Origin: Heptranchias perlo
Lineage: Eukaryota
Length of the DNA stretch: 64,000 bases
Reading direction: 5' to 3'
Assembly (NCBI RefSeq): GCF_035084215.1
Contig: NC_090328.1
Coordinates: 43,772,001 to 43,836,000 of the forward strand
Both the position numbers and the translations under genes were made by a program. Under the pieces are notes generated by a model. The model was not told where the DNA came from and ran no database searches. It saw nothing but the letters and a program-made list of their open reading frames with translations. Shown here one piece after another: positions 1 through 12,619 of this stretch. Every line of letters starts with the position of its first letter. Within the stretch, counting starts at the first letter, position 1.

Positions 1-194
1 TGAAAATAGTTGGTTTTTTGGGTCGCAACCGCAAAATGTTCAGACTTTGCATTCCCAGTGGGAAGCCTGTACTTTTACACACCGATGTTAAACCCGGAAA
101 TAAAGCCGGGTTGCGGTCGCGATCCAAAAAACAACTATTTTCAACTCCCACCAGCCCCCAACCCACCCATTCTCGGGGTTTAAAATCACCCCCC
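1..194. mobile_element. Right end of a Harbinger-type non-autonomous element (MITE), cut by the window edge
   Basis: Ends in TAAAATCACCCCCC, like the other GGGG..ATTTT TIRs in the window; internal imperfect inverted repeat 1-34 vs 111-143 (TGAAAATAGTTGGTTTTTTGGGTCGC / GCGATCCAAAAAACAACTATTTTCA). Confidence 0.6.
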
Positions 195-197
195 AGA

Positions 198-468
198 TTA
201 AATATAAGAGACTTAGAACAGAGGATAGGAGAAACTTCTTTACACAGAGATTGTGAGGCTATGGAATTCACTTCCAGGGTTGTGATTGAGGCAGAAACTA
301 ATGTCAACATTCAAGATTAGACTGGACAGGTGAATGAAGGAAAAGGAGTTGAAGGGATATGGGAAAAGGGTGGGTAAATGTGATTAGAACTATTTGCTTG
401 TGGGGAGACTAAATGCCGATACGGACTGGTTGGGTCGAATGACCTATTTCAATGTTGTAACTTCTATA
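198..468 (+). mobile_element. Degraded CR1 LINE 3' end
   Basis: Frameshifted RRNFFTQR..LWNSLP..EAET motif (ggagaaacttctttacacagag..tggaattcacttcc) followed by a CR1-type 3'UTR ending aacttctat. Confidence 0.75.
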
Positions 469-469
469 G

Positions 470-921
470 GTGCCAGCCATGGCTCAGTGATAGCTCTCTT
501 ACCTATGGGCCAGGAGGTAGTGGGTTCAAGCTCCACTCAAGAGACTTGAGTGCATAATCTAGGCTGACACTCCAATGCAGCACTGAGGGAGGGCTGCACT
601 GTCGGAGGTGCGGCCTTTTGAATGAGATGTTAAATGTCTGCCCTCTCAAGTCAACATAAAAGAACCCATGCCACTATTTGAAGAAGACCAGGGGTGTTCT
701 CCCAGTGTACTGGCCAATATTTATCTCTCAATCAACATCACAAAACAACAGATTATTTGGTTTTTGCTGTTTGTGGGAGCTTGCTGTGCACACAATGGCT
801 GCCACATTTCCCGACATTACAGATGTGACTACACTTCAAAAGTACTTCATTGGCTATAAAGCACTTTAGGATGTCCTGAGTTGTGTAAGGTGTTATATAA
901 ATTCAAGTTTATCCTTCTTTT
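470..921 (+). mobile_element. tRNA-headed Deu-domain SINE (SacSINE1/AmnSINE1-like)
   Basis: A box TGGCTCAGTG and B box GGTTCAAGCTCC; core CTGGCCAATATTTATC..GCTGTTTGTGGGAGCTTGCTGTGC; tail AAAGCACTTTAGGATGTCCTGAG..TATATAAATTCAAGT. Homologous copies at 18968, 21202, 34652 and 57792. Confidence 0.85.
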
Positions 922-1205
922 CTATGTACTATGTTGGGGGGGTAGGTCATTGATAAAGCAGCTGAAGTTGGTTGGGCTGAGAACACTTCCCTGAAGAAAT
1001 TCTGCAGCAGTGTCCTGAAGCTGTGATGAACGACCTCTGACAGCCACAACCATCTTCCTTTGTGTCAGGTATGACTCCAAACACCGGAAGATTTTTTCTT
1101 TGATTGCTATTGACTTAAGATTTACTAGAGCTCCTTGGTGCCACACTCAGTTGAATGCTGCCTTGATATTGAGGGCAGCTACTCTTCCCCTCTCTCTGGC
1201 ATTCA
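922..1205 (-). mobile_element. RT fragment of a CR1-group LINE ('family B')
   Basis: ORF 922-1146 WHQGALVNLKS..QGSVLSPTNFSCFINDLP matches the RT of the copy at 48037-50613. Confidence 0.85.
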
Positions 1206-2184
1206 ATTCTAGAAGAGCTTAGCTAGGAGAGTGGCTAGCTCTGGTGTACAGATCTTCAGCATTACAATCGGGATATTGATTTGCATTGAACTGGCAATAG
1301 ATTTGTGTAACCTTGTTTTTGGTTGCTATTTATTTAAACATGAAATGTTTCAAGAAAGCAAAATTGTAAAGCCATTGAAACTATAACATCTTGGTGGTAA
1401 TTGGTTCTCCATGCAGAATTTGTGAAGAGATCCTTAACGGATTTAATGTTTCTTGCCTCATTAGTAAAGATTACCATTGAAGATCTAAGAAAATGAGACA
1501 TTGTGTAGTTAAGCATGGCAGCTTCACCATTTATGTTTTGACCAAATAAAGTAAACAGGGAAGATCTTTGAATAGATGGAGATGTGCAAGACTCTTTAAA
1601 GTTGTAGCTTGCAAATGTATCCTTCCTGCACTCACCCTCCTGACCTTATTCAGGGTTGCATTAATTCAGTTCATTACAGAAGTTTGTTTTAGTGTTACTG
1701 GCTGTGTGCTACTGTAATTAAAATACTACTTAATATAATGGAGTGGTGAGAGGACTGGTTTGCTGGCTTCACAACCTAATGGTGGTGGATACAAGGTCCA
1801 GTGAACTCAAATTCACCTACCACTGTCATGGTGAGTGGAGCAACCAGCTGCACTGGAGCATGCCATTCTCAGGGGAAGAAAACAAACACTGGCATGGTAG
1901 ATATATTGGGGTTAAATTGGATAACCCCCGAAAATGGCTACTGGGATCACGGTCCATGATTAACCCGTCCCCGTTCATTGGTTTAAATGATTGCTGCAGG
2001 CAGCCAGCACTACCTGCACTGTTGATTGCCTATACGCATCAGCAGGGGGCCCCGATATTGTGAATGGCTCATACTTCTTAAAGCCAGCCTGCACGTCTTA
2101 AAGGGGAGGTGCATGGTGGCTGCAAGAAGTGGTGGGAGTCATTTCAAAGTTGAATCTGTGCTGTGATACTTTGAAGAATAGCTG

Positions 2185-4050
2185 TACCTGTGAGAGAGCA
2201 TGCACCAAGGTTCTCTGATGATGCACAGAGACCTTGGTGCACGAGGTGGAGAGAAGGAGGGGCATTCTATATCTGCATGGGGGCAAGAGGCCCTCTAGGC
2301 ATATGCTCAAGAGGCAGTTGGAGGAAGTAGCGGATGAGATACATGCCAGGAGCATAGTTCCAAGAACATGGACAAGTGCAGGAAGAAGTTCAATGATTTA
2401 ACATGAGTTGTCGAGGTGAGTGAGTTCAAGTTTCAAGTGGCATATCATACCAATTGCACCACTAGCGTCATCCACTGCTCAATGCACTACACCCCCCCCA
2501 TCACCCACCTACCAACAATCTCTTTCAATCAGTACTCAACTGTTCAAATCAGATGCTTTATCTCACCCTCACACATTACCACTGTTGCAAGCCTCACACC
2601 CACAATGCATAGTTCACATACACTGGCAACTGTTCAACTCCTGCCACATCACCCAAACATCTTGCAGGACTCTCACTGACACATTTCCCTCTTTCTTGCA
2701 GGAGAAGGCAGCCCATAACAGGAGGCAGCAAGAAACAACTGGAGGAGGACAAGCGCACTTGTTAACACTTCCTAACCCCCATGGAGGAGACAGTGCTGGC
2801 CATCATTGGAAGGGCCATCGCTGAGGCTGTGGCCACTGACGGTGCTAGAGGGATCGATGATGAGGGTCTCTGAATACCGAATCCTCCTTCTCGATTCCCA
2901 CTTCTCCCTCATCCCACAATCTTTTCTGACTCATGTGCTGCAGATGGTGCAAGCAAGCACATCTCTCTTTCTCCTTTCCCCTCACCACAACTCAACCCCT
3001 GTCCCTTTACCATTTCAGATACCCAAGAACTGGAACCTGCCCAGTCAGAGGAGGCCAAGGAAGAAGAGAGTGATGGTAAAGAGACACCGTCACTCGATCT
3101 TACACTCGCAGCCACCAGCTCAGAGACTGGCACTGCGCGTACTTTAGAGGCTAGGATAGAGGAGGGATCTGCATGTGGTGAGACACCAGGCACAAATACT
3201 CAGGAACCGGGGAGGGGGGAAAGGATACCGCAGGTGCCAGCTCACCGGAGGGTGAGGTTGTACACTAGTTCTGCTGCAGAAGAGTCAGGTGATGACTTCG
3301 ATGGCCAGGCTACAGAAGAAGGCTGATGGATTTACACAACCAAATACTTGATGCACCGGAAACCTGCCAGAAAGCCTGCGCACAATGTGAAGCAGCATGG
3401 AGGAATCCAGCTCTAACTTGGCACGGGGCTTTGTACAGAACTTGGAGGCCATCCTTTCCCACTTGGAATGGGTGGTCACCTCCATCAGCACTCCTGTGGA
3501 ACCCACCATGATATCGTGTCTGATGACCGATGTCACAGCTTCCATTGCAGCGCAAACTTCTGCCATCAAAGCTCTGACTACTGCGTTTGGAGCTCAGACT
3601 GCTGCTATCATGGCTCTGGGTTCCACTGTGGAATGGGACTTCTAGGGCATCACAGCAGTCCAGCAATCTGTTCTCCAACAGACCACCAGGACTGCATCGT
3701 CCCGGGAAAGTGGCAATGGCGCCATGGAAGATGAACCTGCTGTCCTCTCTCAGGATGAGAGGATTCCTGTTCCCACCTATGCCACTCCACCAGTGCCCTT
3801 GCTGTTGCCTGTCAGCCAGCCAGGCCACACTGCTGTAGCCCAGGCTGAAATGGTGCAGTCTGAAGCTGGGCCCTTTCGGCCAAGAGTTACTCGAGGTCGT
3901 CCTCCAAGGCCATTTGCAGTCTTCTCAATTGAAGGTCAGCAGCCTTCCACCACGCATGCTGCAGCCATAGGGGATGCACCTCAAAGCAGCACTAGGAAAG
4001 GTAAAGACACTCGAACAACAGGCACCAAGGGAATGCACAAATGTGAATAG
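2185..4050 (+). pseudogene. Harbinger Myb/SANT-like DNA-binding partner gene, 3 exons, frameshifted
   Basis: Exon 1 APRFSDDA..LVHEVERRRGILY..CRKKFNDL ends at donor GAG|GTGAGT (2415); acceptor TTCTTGCAG|GAGAAG (2702) gives EKAAHNRRQQETTGGG; exon 3 from about 3019 with a coiled-coil/low-complexity tail (MEESSSNLARGF..). Confidence 0.8.
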
Positions 4051-4247
4051 TCTCATTTTATTTGCGTCATTTCATGTATTAGTTTATAAATGCGGATTTG
4101 AATTTGCATTTGGTGGTGGTTTTTATTTCTGCGATGAGCTGAGGGAGGAAGCAATGTGTAATCATATGGAGGACGATTTGATGGTCATGTGGGAGAGGAA
4201 AGGTAAGGAGTGTGGGATTGTTGGTGAATGGGGAGGTGCCATTGAGG

Positions 4248-5394
4248 TTACTGGTATCGCTCATTAATAATCTGATCACGCAGAGCCCTGGTAGACGGAG
4301 CCTGTCTATCTTGTAGCCTCCCTGACTCTTCCTCCAGTCCCTTTTGCACTTCCTCCTCCTCCTCCACCTCTTCCTCTTCCTCTTGCTCAGGTTCTCACCT
4401 GATAGGCAGTGGCAAGGGCTGTCCCCCTCATAAAGGCCAGGTTGTGCAGCATGGAGCATACAATGACAAATCGTGATACCCACTCAGCTGAGCACTGCAG
4501 GGCTCCTCCACAGCGGTCCAGGCAGCAGAAGCATTGCTTGATGATGCCTATGGTGTGCTCTATAATCTTCCATGTAGCTCTCGTCGTAGGCCTGCTGTGT
4601 GCGTAGGTCTCTGACCGGAGTCATGAGTCATTTCATGAGGGGATAACCCCTATCGTCCAATAGCCAGCCTTTAACTTGCCGTGCTGGTTCAAATACAGGC
4701 GGAACAGAGGACTGCCACAGGATGAAGAAATCAGGACTGCTGTCAGGATAGTAGGCATTGACCTGCATGATGCGTTGCGTGGGGTCACACACCAGCTGCA
4801 CACTGAGGGAGTGAAATCCCTTTCTGTTCATGAATATGGCCGAGTTCAGATGAGGAGCATGCATGGCAATATGTGTGCAGTCAATGGCGCCCTGCACCAT
4901 GAGGAAGCCTGGAATATGGGCAAAACCTTGTACTCGCACCTCTTGCATGTCCCTGGCAGAAGAGAGTGAGATTAATCTGTTTCTCATTGCATACTGAGCC
5001 TCAGTGACCTGCCTTATACTGCAGTGCACTGCAAACTGTGAGATGTTGCTTCTATCTCCAGCACCAGCCTGAAAGGAGCAAGAGGCATAAAAATTAAGAG
5101 CCACAGTCACTTTGACAGCAATGCTGTCGTTGCCCTGCTCTGAGGCTGGAATTGTGGCTGCAGCAGCTGACAAATTTCAGTCACCGAAGACGTCTGATGC
5201 ACTGGTCATCACTGAAGCTGAGGTAAGAGAATTGCTCCCTGAAGACCTGCCCACAGATATGGCCTCCTGTTGAGTGCTCTGCTCCTCCTCCTCCTCCTCC
5301 TCCCTCTTCTGGCAGCTTGTCCTGCTCTGCGTGACCTCTCTGCATGCTCCCAGTCATGTTCAATTCCCAGAGGAAGCCCTAGCAGGCCACCCAT
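4248..5394 (-). pseudogene. HARBI1-like DDE transposase of Harbinger copy 1, disrupted
   Basis: RRPY..VFREQFSYLSFSDDQCIRRLR, VKVTVALNFYASCSFQAGAGD, GAIDCTHIA, NRKGFHSLSVQLVCD, GWLLDDRGYPL; split over several frames. Confidence 0.9.
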
Positions 5395-6917
5395 GTCTGG
5401 AAGCAATCTTTTTCAGCCCAATATTTTAAATCCCACTAACAATACTGCACGACCAGCCAGACCACTTTCTATAGAATATTGCAACTTTATCCAAGCGTAG
5501 AAATCTTCCAAAAACATATACAATTGCAACAGCAGCCAGAATAAATAATCCAGCAACTAACCTGCAACTCCTGCACAATTCCTCTAAATAGTGCTGGTGG
5601 GAGGAAGGTCCTTCATGCCGTTAACGCCGTGTTTAGCTGTGCGAGGTTATGACAGGGCATTGGCTGGAGTGTGGAATTCCAAAATGCGCGGTTGCTTCAA
5701 ACCAGGGTTGCGCACTGAGTTGCCTCATCATCTCCCTACTCTACATGCTGCCGGTGGTCGTTAGATGCATGTGCGCAAACACCTTTACCAAAATGGCGTC
5801 CTGCGCACTTCCTATCAGAAGAGTGCATGCGCATCTCAGATGCCATTTTCAGGACTTAGGTGTCTACATAGCATCTACAAAACAGGCACTAAACGGCCCA
5901 CTTTCACCCCCATTGAATCGGTAGCCAAGAGCAGGGATAAATTATGAGGTGCCTCTCTCAAATGGAATAAGCCCAGTGACGCACTAAAAGAAAAGTGGAA
6001 AACTATTTTATTTTGAAAACAAAGATGCGAAAAGGAAGGCTTGTTGCAGGTCTGAGGGGAATCTGGTAGTCCTGCAGTACGTTTTATGAAAGCAATGCAG
6101 TATAGCATTTACACCATGTGTTTTAACTTGATTTTCCCGTTCTGTGCTGTGAATTATAACCGATGTGAGTGAACAACAGTAAATATATAGGCTTGGAGTT
6201 TCCGTATGATTTCCACCCAGATATCAGCATAATCTGGGTGGAATCGAATGAAATAGTGCTAATTAAATAATTAAATAAAATATTGCATTTTGGCCATTTT
6301 GCCCCTAATGGAAACTCCATGCCACATGGTAAATCCCCTTGTGCATGCGTGTGTTTTGATGACCAGTCACTCATTAACATTGCATGTGACACTGGGAGAC
6401 TGCCTACCCTTCCCCACCTAAAATTGTTTATTCTGATTTCCGCTTGCTTATGCCCATTTTTACGTTTGTGTGTAATGTTAATGAGATTGACAGGAAATTT
6501 GGGTACAAGTAGATATTGGCAAAATGGGTGCCATGAATGGGCATAATTTTCCGATTGCACCCCACAGGAAATTCCACACAATTTATAAGTATTAGTACAC
6601 AGAGTAATATTTAAAATGCTGATTGAACCAATCGTGGCTATTTAATTAAATGATTAATTTTCCAAAATTTTTGATCTGATGCAAAGATCTTCCGTTCATT
6701 TCATTTATCCATGTTTCAAGATGATCTAATCAGCAAGGAGATTGAGAAAGCACTTGCTGCAACAAAGTGTAACACAGGAACACATACCTGAAGATGAAGA
6801 CATAACCAACAGCACGCACAACACATCTAATTTTAAACACAACTCTGTCCCACGTCCTTTATTCATTATTTAGTCATGCAAGCTATTTTCACATTTTCAT
6901 TTTGTTTCAGTGCAACT

Positions 6918-8128
6918 GATTTGTAAAACTGGTGTGAATTCTGAGGGCAGGATTGGTATAAAACTGATGTGTATCCTGAGGGCAGGATTGGTATAAAACT
7001 GGTGTGAATTCTGAGGGCAGGATTGGTATAAAACTGGTGTGTATCCTGAGGGCAGGATTGGTATAAAACTGATGAGTATCCTGAGGGCAGGATTGGTATA
7101 AAACTGATGAGTATCCTGAGGGCAGGATTGGTATAAAACTGATGAGTATCCTGAGGGCGGGATTGGTATAAAACTGGTGTGTATCCTGAGGGCAGGATTG
7201 GTATAAAACTGGTGTGTATCCTGAGGGCAGGATTGGTATAAAACTGATGAGTATCCTGAGGGCAGGATTGGTATAAAACTGATGAGTATCCTGAGGGCGG
7301 GATTGGTATAAAACTGGTGTGTATCCTGAGGGCAAGATTGGTATAAAACTGGTGTGAATTCTGAGGGCAGGATTGGTATAAAACTGGTGTGTATCCTGAG
7401 GGCAGGATTGGTATAAAACTGATGAGTATCCTGAGGGCAGGATTGGTATAAAACTTGTGTGTATCCTGAGGGCAGGATTGGTATAAAACTGGTGTGTATC
7501 CTGAGGGCAGGATTGGTATAAAACTGGTGTGTATCCCGAGAGCAGGATTGGTATAAAACTGGTGTGTATCCTGAGGGCAGGATTGGTATAAAACTGGTGT
7601 GTATCCTGAGGGCAGGATTGGTATAAAACTGGTGTGTATCCTGAGGGCAGGATTGGTATAAAACTGGTGTATATCCTGAGGGCAGGATTGGTATAAAACT
7701 GATGTGTATGCTGAGGGCAGGATTGGTATAAAACTGGTGTATATCCTGAGGGCAGGATTGGTATAAAACTGGTGTGTATCCTGAGGGCAGGATTGGTATA
7801 AAACTGGTGTGTATCCTGAGGGCAGGATTGGTATAAAACTGGTGTATATCCTGAGGGCAGGATTGGTATAAAACTGATGTGTATGCTGAGGGCAGGATTG
7901 GTATAAAACTGGTGTGTATCCTGAGGGCAGGATTGGTATAAAACTGGTGTGTATCCTGAGGGCAGGATTGGTATAAAACTGGTGTGTATCCCGAGAGCAG
8001 GATTGGTATAAAACTGATGTGTATGCTGAGGGCAGGATTGGTATAAAACTGGTGTATATCCTGAGGGCAGGATTGGTATAAAACTGATGTATATCCTGAG
8101 GGCAGGATTGGTATAAAACTAAGGGCAG
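6918..8128. repeat. Minisatellite/VNTR, 35-bp unit, about 34 copies
   Basis: Unit CTGAGGGCAGGATTGGTATAAAACTGGTGTGTATC repeated head to tail (6941, 6976, 7011...) with a few recurring variants. Confidence 0.98.
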
Positions 8129-8261
8129 GTACAAAATCTTTCATTAAACTGTTCTCTCAAATGTGTTTCCATTAAACAGCATTTTGTTTAAGCAATGGAA
8201 AACATGCCATTAAAACATCTGTGGTTTTGATATTTATTTTTAGAAACATACTTTCCAGCAA

Positions 8262-8570
8262 AGTACATAAGAAGGCCATCCTTTTTTGATTGATCTCGAC
8301 CACGCCCACTTCTCTCCCTTCCCTTCATATCCCTCAATCCCGTCTTCTTCCAGAAATTCATTTAAATGCTATTAAATCCACTTATCCCGCCTGTTGACCT
8401 TTTCTGGTAACTTATTCCACAAGTGTAGTACCTTTGTATATAATAGCTCCACCTGACTTCCCCTGTTAATGCTGACCTCTGACTTTTAAACGTGTATCAC
8501 CTGGTATTGGAATATTTTTCCATAGTGAAAGTTTGTCTGGATCAACTTTGTCAACTCTCCCTTCTGAATC
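8262..8570 (-). mobile_element. Old CR1 3' end remnant
   Basis: Degenerate catatccctcaatcc..cctttctggtaacttattccacaag pattern, like the minus-strand CR1 tails elsewhere in the window. Confidence 0.45.
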
Positions 8571-11437
8571 TTGATGACTTGCTGCTCTGGAATATACCAC
8601 TCCCACCCCATTAATTAATTCAGGTCACATAAGGAGGACATTTTCCTCATGTTTTTTCTGACAGTGTAGAGGAATAATAGATAAGACGTTCATACCTTCT
8701 ATTTGCATAGTCATCAAAATGTACATATTTGCATTAATTTCAAAATCAGTTTTGGAACAAGAGATTTTGTGCCTTGGCACAAGAATAAATATGATTCCCA
8801 AACTTGCAAGGCCAGCAAAATATGGGTTTGTCAATTAAGAAGATGAGAGAGAGATATAATACAAAGTCAAACAATGTCTATGATTGGTTCAGCTTATATT
8901 TGACTGACTATTACTCTTTGAATTTGAGATGAGGTATTCAAAACCCAGACGTCCCAATAACTATTTTCCAGGTTGTAAAAAAAAAGACTGTAGTGTTTAA
9001 ATGGTGGGGGAGGGCAGTTGGAAAATCACATGAGAAGAAATGTTTGGAATCTCAGAAAACCAATCGGCTTGTACTGAGTAATTTGATATTTGTTAAAGAA
9101 AGGAGAAGTTATTTACAAAGTATAGATTAATTCTAAGAGTTTTGCCGACTTTTTTATTATTTTGTCCACTCAAAGTGTTAGACGGTAGGTTTACTGCAAA
9201 TATTTAACTACTTATAACTCTTCATCTTTTGTAAAATAAATTGGTTTTCTATTTTAATCTTAAGACGAGGTCTGATATTATGCTCTTCTGGAAGACTGGG
9301 AATAAGATCTTGTAAAGACATAGGATAAGTCCAGTAGCTAAAATTAATTACCAGATGGGGTTTGCTGTTCTTTTCCTGGCCAGGTTACCAAAAGCTTACC
9401 CATATTTCAAATCAAGGGTAGGCATTCTTGAAGGGATGGGGAGTTGGAACTTATCCAAGAGAGTGATACAAGATACAAGAGCCAAAATAAGGTGAGAAGA
9501 GTAGAAAGGGTCCAAAAACATACAAGTGCCATTCGCCAGGGGACAGGAAATCTGACCAGGCTCAAGCTCTTAAAGTACTACTGCTTGCCATTAAAGGGAA
9601 GGGGAACTTTTGTTGTGCCAAAACAGCTATTTGTTCACAGAACACTTCGTGATTGCTGTACAAACATTTCACTCCACAGATGTCTGGAGGGATGACAGTT
9701 CAGATTAACTCCTCCATTTACAGAGGACTCCTTGGAAGTCCTCTTGCTGGGGGGAAGGGAAGTGATCCCTTTAGAGAAGAAGGCCACTCTCCTATTAAAA
9801 GATAGGTACAAGCTGCATGGATAGAGGTAGCACACAGAGTAAGTGCAGTGCACCGAGTTGGGCCAGGTGCTCCTCCTGGCCTATAAGGAACCTATATAAA
9901 AAAATGTTTTTAAATTAACTTACCTGGGCCTTCTGTGGCCAGCGTGGTGATGTCACCAGTTGGGTATGAGACTGTGCTGCCCTTAATCAGACCCGCAGTG
10001 GCGTGCATGTTCCAATGACATCATCACAACGCAACTTTGCCATGGAAATTAGGCCCCAGCTCCTCTTGAGTGGGCAGCCTTCCCATGACTGAATTCAGGC
10101 AAGTTAAGATGGGAGGCGAGAAGCAGTAATGCAGAGGAAATGTGGCGCAGGCCCCCTTGCCATCTTAACCCCTTAACACCACTCCCACATTGTTTCTGCC
10201 AGGCAGGGGTTGAGGTTAAAATTAGGCCTGCTAAGTCACAAATAGAAACTACTTTCAAGTGTCATCATACAAACAACAACTCAGCTTTAAGAAGGTCACT
10301 GAAGCAGGTGAGGCTTGTGAATCACTCAGTAATGTGAACTCCGGGGGCGCAATTCAGGCAAGCCATGAAATTAAGCATCGTATTTAATTTTGAATAATTA
10401 TTTCTCGGAACTGAGGCTTGCGCTTTGCAGCGTCCTTTTGCCAACCAAAAGTACCGATTCCAAAATCTGACCCAGTGTGAATTGAGCATGAAAATATGCC
10501 CAATTTTACAAGTTCTACGTGCCTACAGCAAAGTTATGTGCCAACAGTGAAGCCTTGTAACATTAAGTCTATGGTGTTAGCTAGCATTATGCTTGTTCAA
10601 CACAAACATGGAAAATTGGGCCCAAACTTGTCAATTATGTTATAAATCATACGAGCCCTTAACAGCCGGGATATTGGTTGTGCACTCAAAGTTTTGCTTT
10701 GTTGTATTTAAAAACACATGGTTTGTGGTTTGATAAGAAACAATTTGGTACTACAAAATGGTTAAGCATTCAAAATAAGCAATTACAGTCAAGATGATTA
10801 CAAAAAGTTCAGAGTTCAAAGATCCAAATGCCATAACTAATCCCAGTAAAGAAAGTCCAGTATCCCATCGTTTTTGTAGGGTAGTAAGGAACAGGCTATC
10901 ACAGATTATGCCTTGCAAAATGCCAGGAACTTAAAGTTAGTTGCCATGCCTACTAAAGTATTAGCAGTAGTGGGCCCCAGGGTTCATCTTTCTGAGGCCA
11001 TAGGAAGTCCCCTGTGACCTTTTCCATGCATCCAGGCTGTTTTAAAATAGAGCTTTGACAGCTTTGAACTCTTGTTTGACAATATAGTTTTAAAAAGAAT
11101 GAAATATTTGAATTTTTTTTTATTGCTGTCTTGAAAATGGCAAAATAAATTATATTAGATTATAATTCAAAGAGGCAAATTATTTATTTTACATTCCTTG
11201 TCGTAGAGTCTGCCTATATAGATCATTTAACTGTTTCATATCCAAACAGTGCACATCACAGATATCCAGTTACATTTCTTCTGGCAAAATGAAAAGATGT
11301 TCAAAGTGGCAGATATATTTTGTCAAGACTTAGTTTCTGGTTTTGTCTCAGTGATATGAACAGGTGACACTACCTCAGACACACATTAGACAGATTCTAC
11401 AAAGTAAAATTAATTTGTAAACTTACCAGGGAACAAG

Positions 11438-11592
11438 GGGGAGGATTTGCTCAGAGCTTCTCCCACTCCATGTGCCATGACTTTATCGGAGGTATGGCAG
11501 AACCCACGTTTACGCCCATAAATAGATTTCCTGCCGCACAGCTAGAAAAATTATGGCGGCGGAGCAGGAAAAGCTCCAAGGAAATTCACCTC
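11438..11592. mobile_element. Short Harbinger-type MITE
   Basis: Imperfect TIR GGGGAGGATTTGCTCAGAGCTT / AAGCTCCAAGGAAATTCACCTC, flanked by AAG on both sides. Confidence 0.6.
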
Positions 11593-11903
11593 AAGTCTTC
11601 CAGAAAGGGATCAGTTCATTTCACTTGCACAAATTACACAAACAGAAATTAAAATATCTGTCAATAATCGTTTTGGTGCACAGGTGACGATAACCTCAGG
11701 CAGCACATCTTGAAGTTTCAGCTGTTGGCCATGTTTTCACAGGACTTTATTTCAGGGGCGTGTTAACTGCACAAGTAGGGCTAAGATTGCATTGCAATGA
11801 TCATAAGAGATGAAAATTTAATTTGGAAACTGCCTACAAAAATTAATAGAAATTTGGAAATTCCTTATTCTTCAGCTCTAGTTTCTTACAAAATAGAATC
11901 TTA

Positions 11904-12501
11904 GGGAGAGAAATTGTTCCTCGTTGGACACTATTTTCCAGCGGAAAACGGGAGCAACGAGGACAATTTTGCAGGGGTATGACCCGTGCCCTGAGAATGC
12001 CTGAAATATGTCTGACTCCATACTGGGCCGGGCGATTTGTCAGGCATCTCTGGCTGCAGCCTATAACAGAGGTTAGGCTCTTTGCATATGCTAATGAGGG
12101 GCCTAACACCTGTTTTAGGACCTCTTCCTGAAATTGAACTGCCCTGACCAGAGCAGGCGTCAGGCCTGTTAGGCGGCCAACAAAAGGTATGTTTCTTTCA
12201 TGTGGGACTGGGCGAGCAGGAGTGCTGCTCCCTGCTCCACAGCACTCTTGGGGACCGCTGCCTGCCACACTCACCCCCACTCATTTTCCTTCCTCCTCCC
12301 ACCTCTCCTGCCCCCCCCCCCACCCCCGCCCCGGGATTTACCTGAGGACTACAGTTGGTGTTGCAGCAGCTCGAAATTGACCTCCGCTCTGCCAGTAAGC
12401 TATCCGGGGACACACTGTCGGTGTTGACAGCTTGCCGGACTGTTTAAAGTGATGCCCATGGACCAGTATCAATCGGTCAGCCACAGGGATCAATCTATCC
12501 C
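11904..12501. mobile_element. Harbinger-type MITE remnant (about 600 bp, GC-rich)
   Basis: Starts GGGAGAGAAATTG and ends CAATCTATCCC; GC-rich island in AT-rich flanks; internal TTTGCATATGCTAATGAGG motif of the kind seen in the MITE at 46269. Confidence 0.5.
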
Positions 12502-12619
12502 ATAGAATTAAAAGCACCTGAGGAGGTCATTCAGCCCATCATGTCTGAGTCAGTTTTCTGGAAGAGCTATTCAGTTAGTTCCATGACCTTGCCCTTTCCA
12601 CATAACTTTTTCTTTTTTT

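Larger units (their letters stand above)
1908..5911. mobile_element. Near full-length, decayed PIF/Harbinger DNA transposon (copy 1)
   Basis: TIRs GGGGTTAAATTGG (1908) and CCACTTTCACCCCC (ends 5911), both flanked by ATT; contains convergent Myb/SANT (+) and DDE transposase (-) genes. Confidence 0.88.

Noticed and set aside
470-545. tRNA genes (also at 18968, 21202, 34652, 57792)
   Set aside because: They are tRNA-derived SINE heads continuing into the Deu core; no intact cloverleaf.
4248-5394. Domesticated host HARBI1 gene (also 28693-29730)
   Set aside because: Frameshifted, multi-copy, TIR-associated and paired with a Myb/SANT gene: transposon relics, not the single-copy host gene.
6866-8144. 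Long 415-422 aa ORFs and CRISPR-like ~35-bp periodicity
   Set aside because: Head-to-tail tandem repeat with no unique spacers and no cas genes; the ORFs arise because the unit lacks stops on the minus strand.
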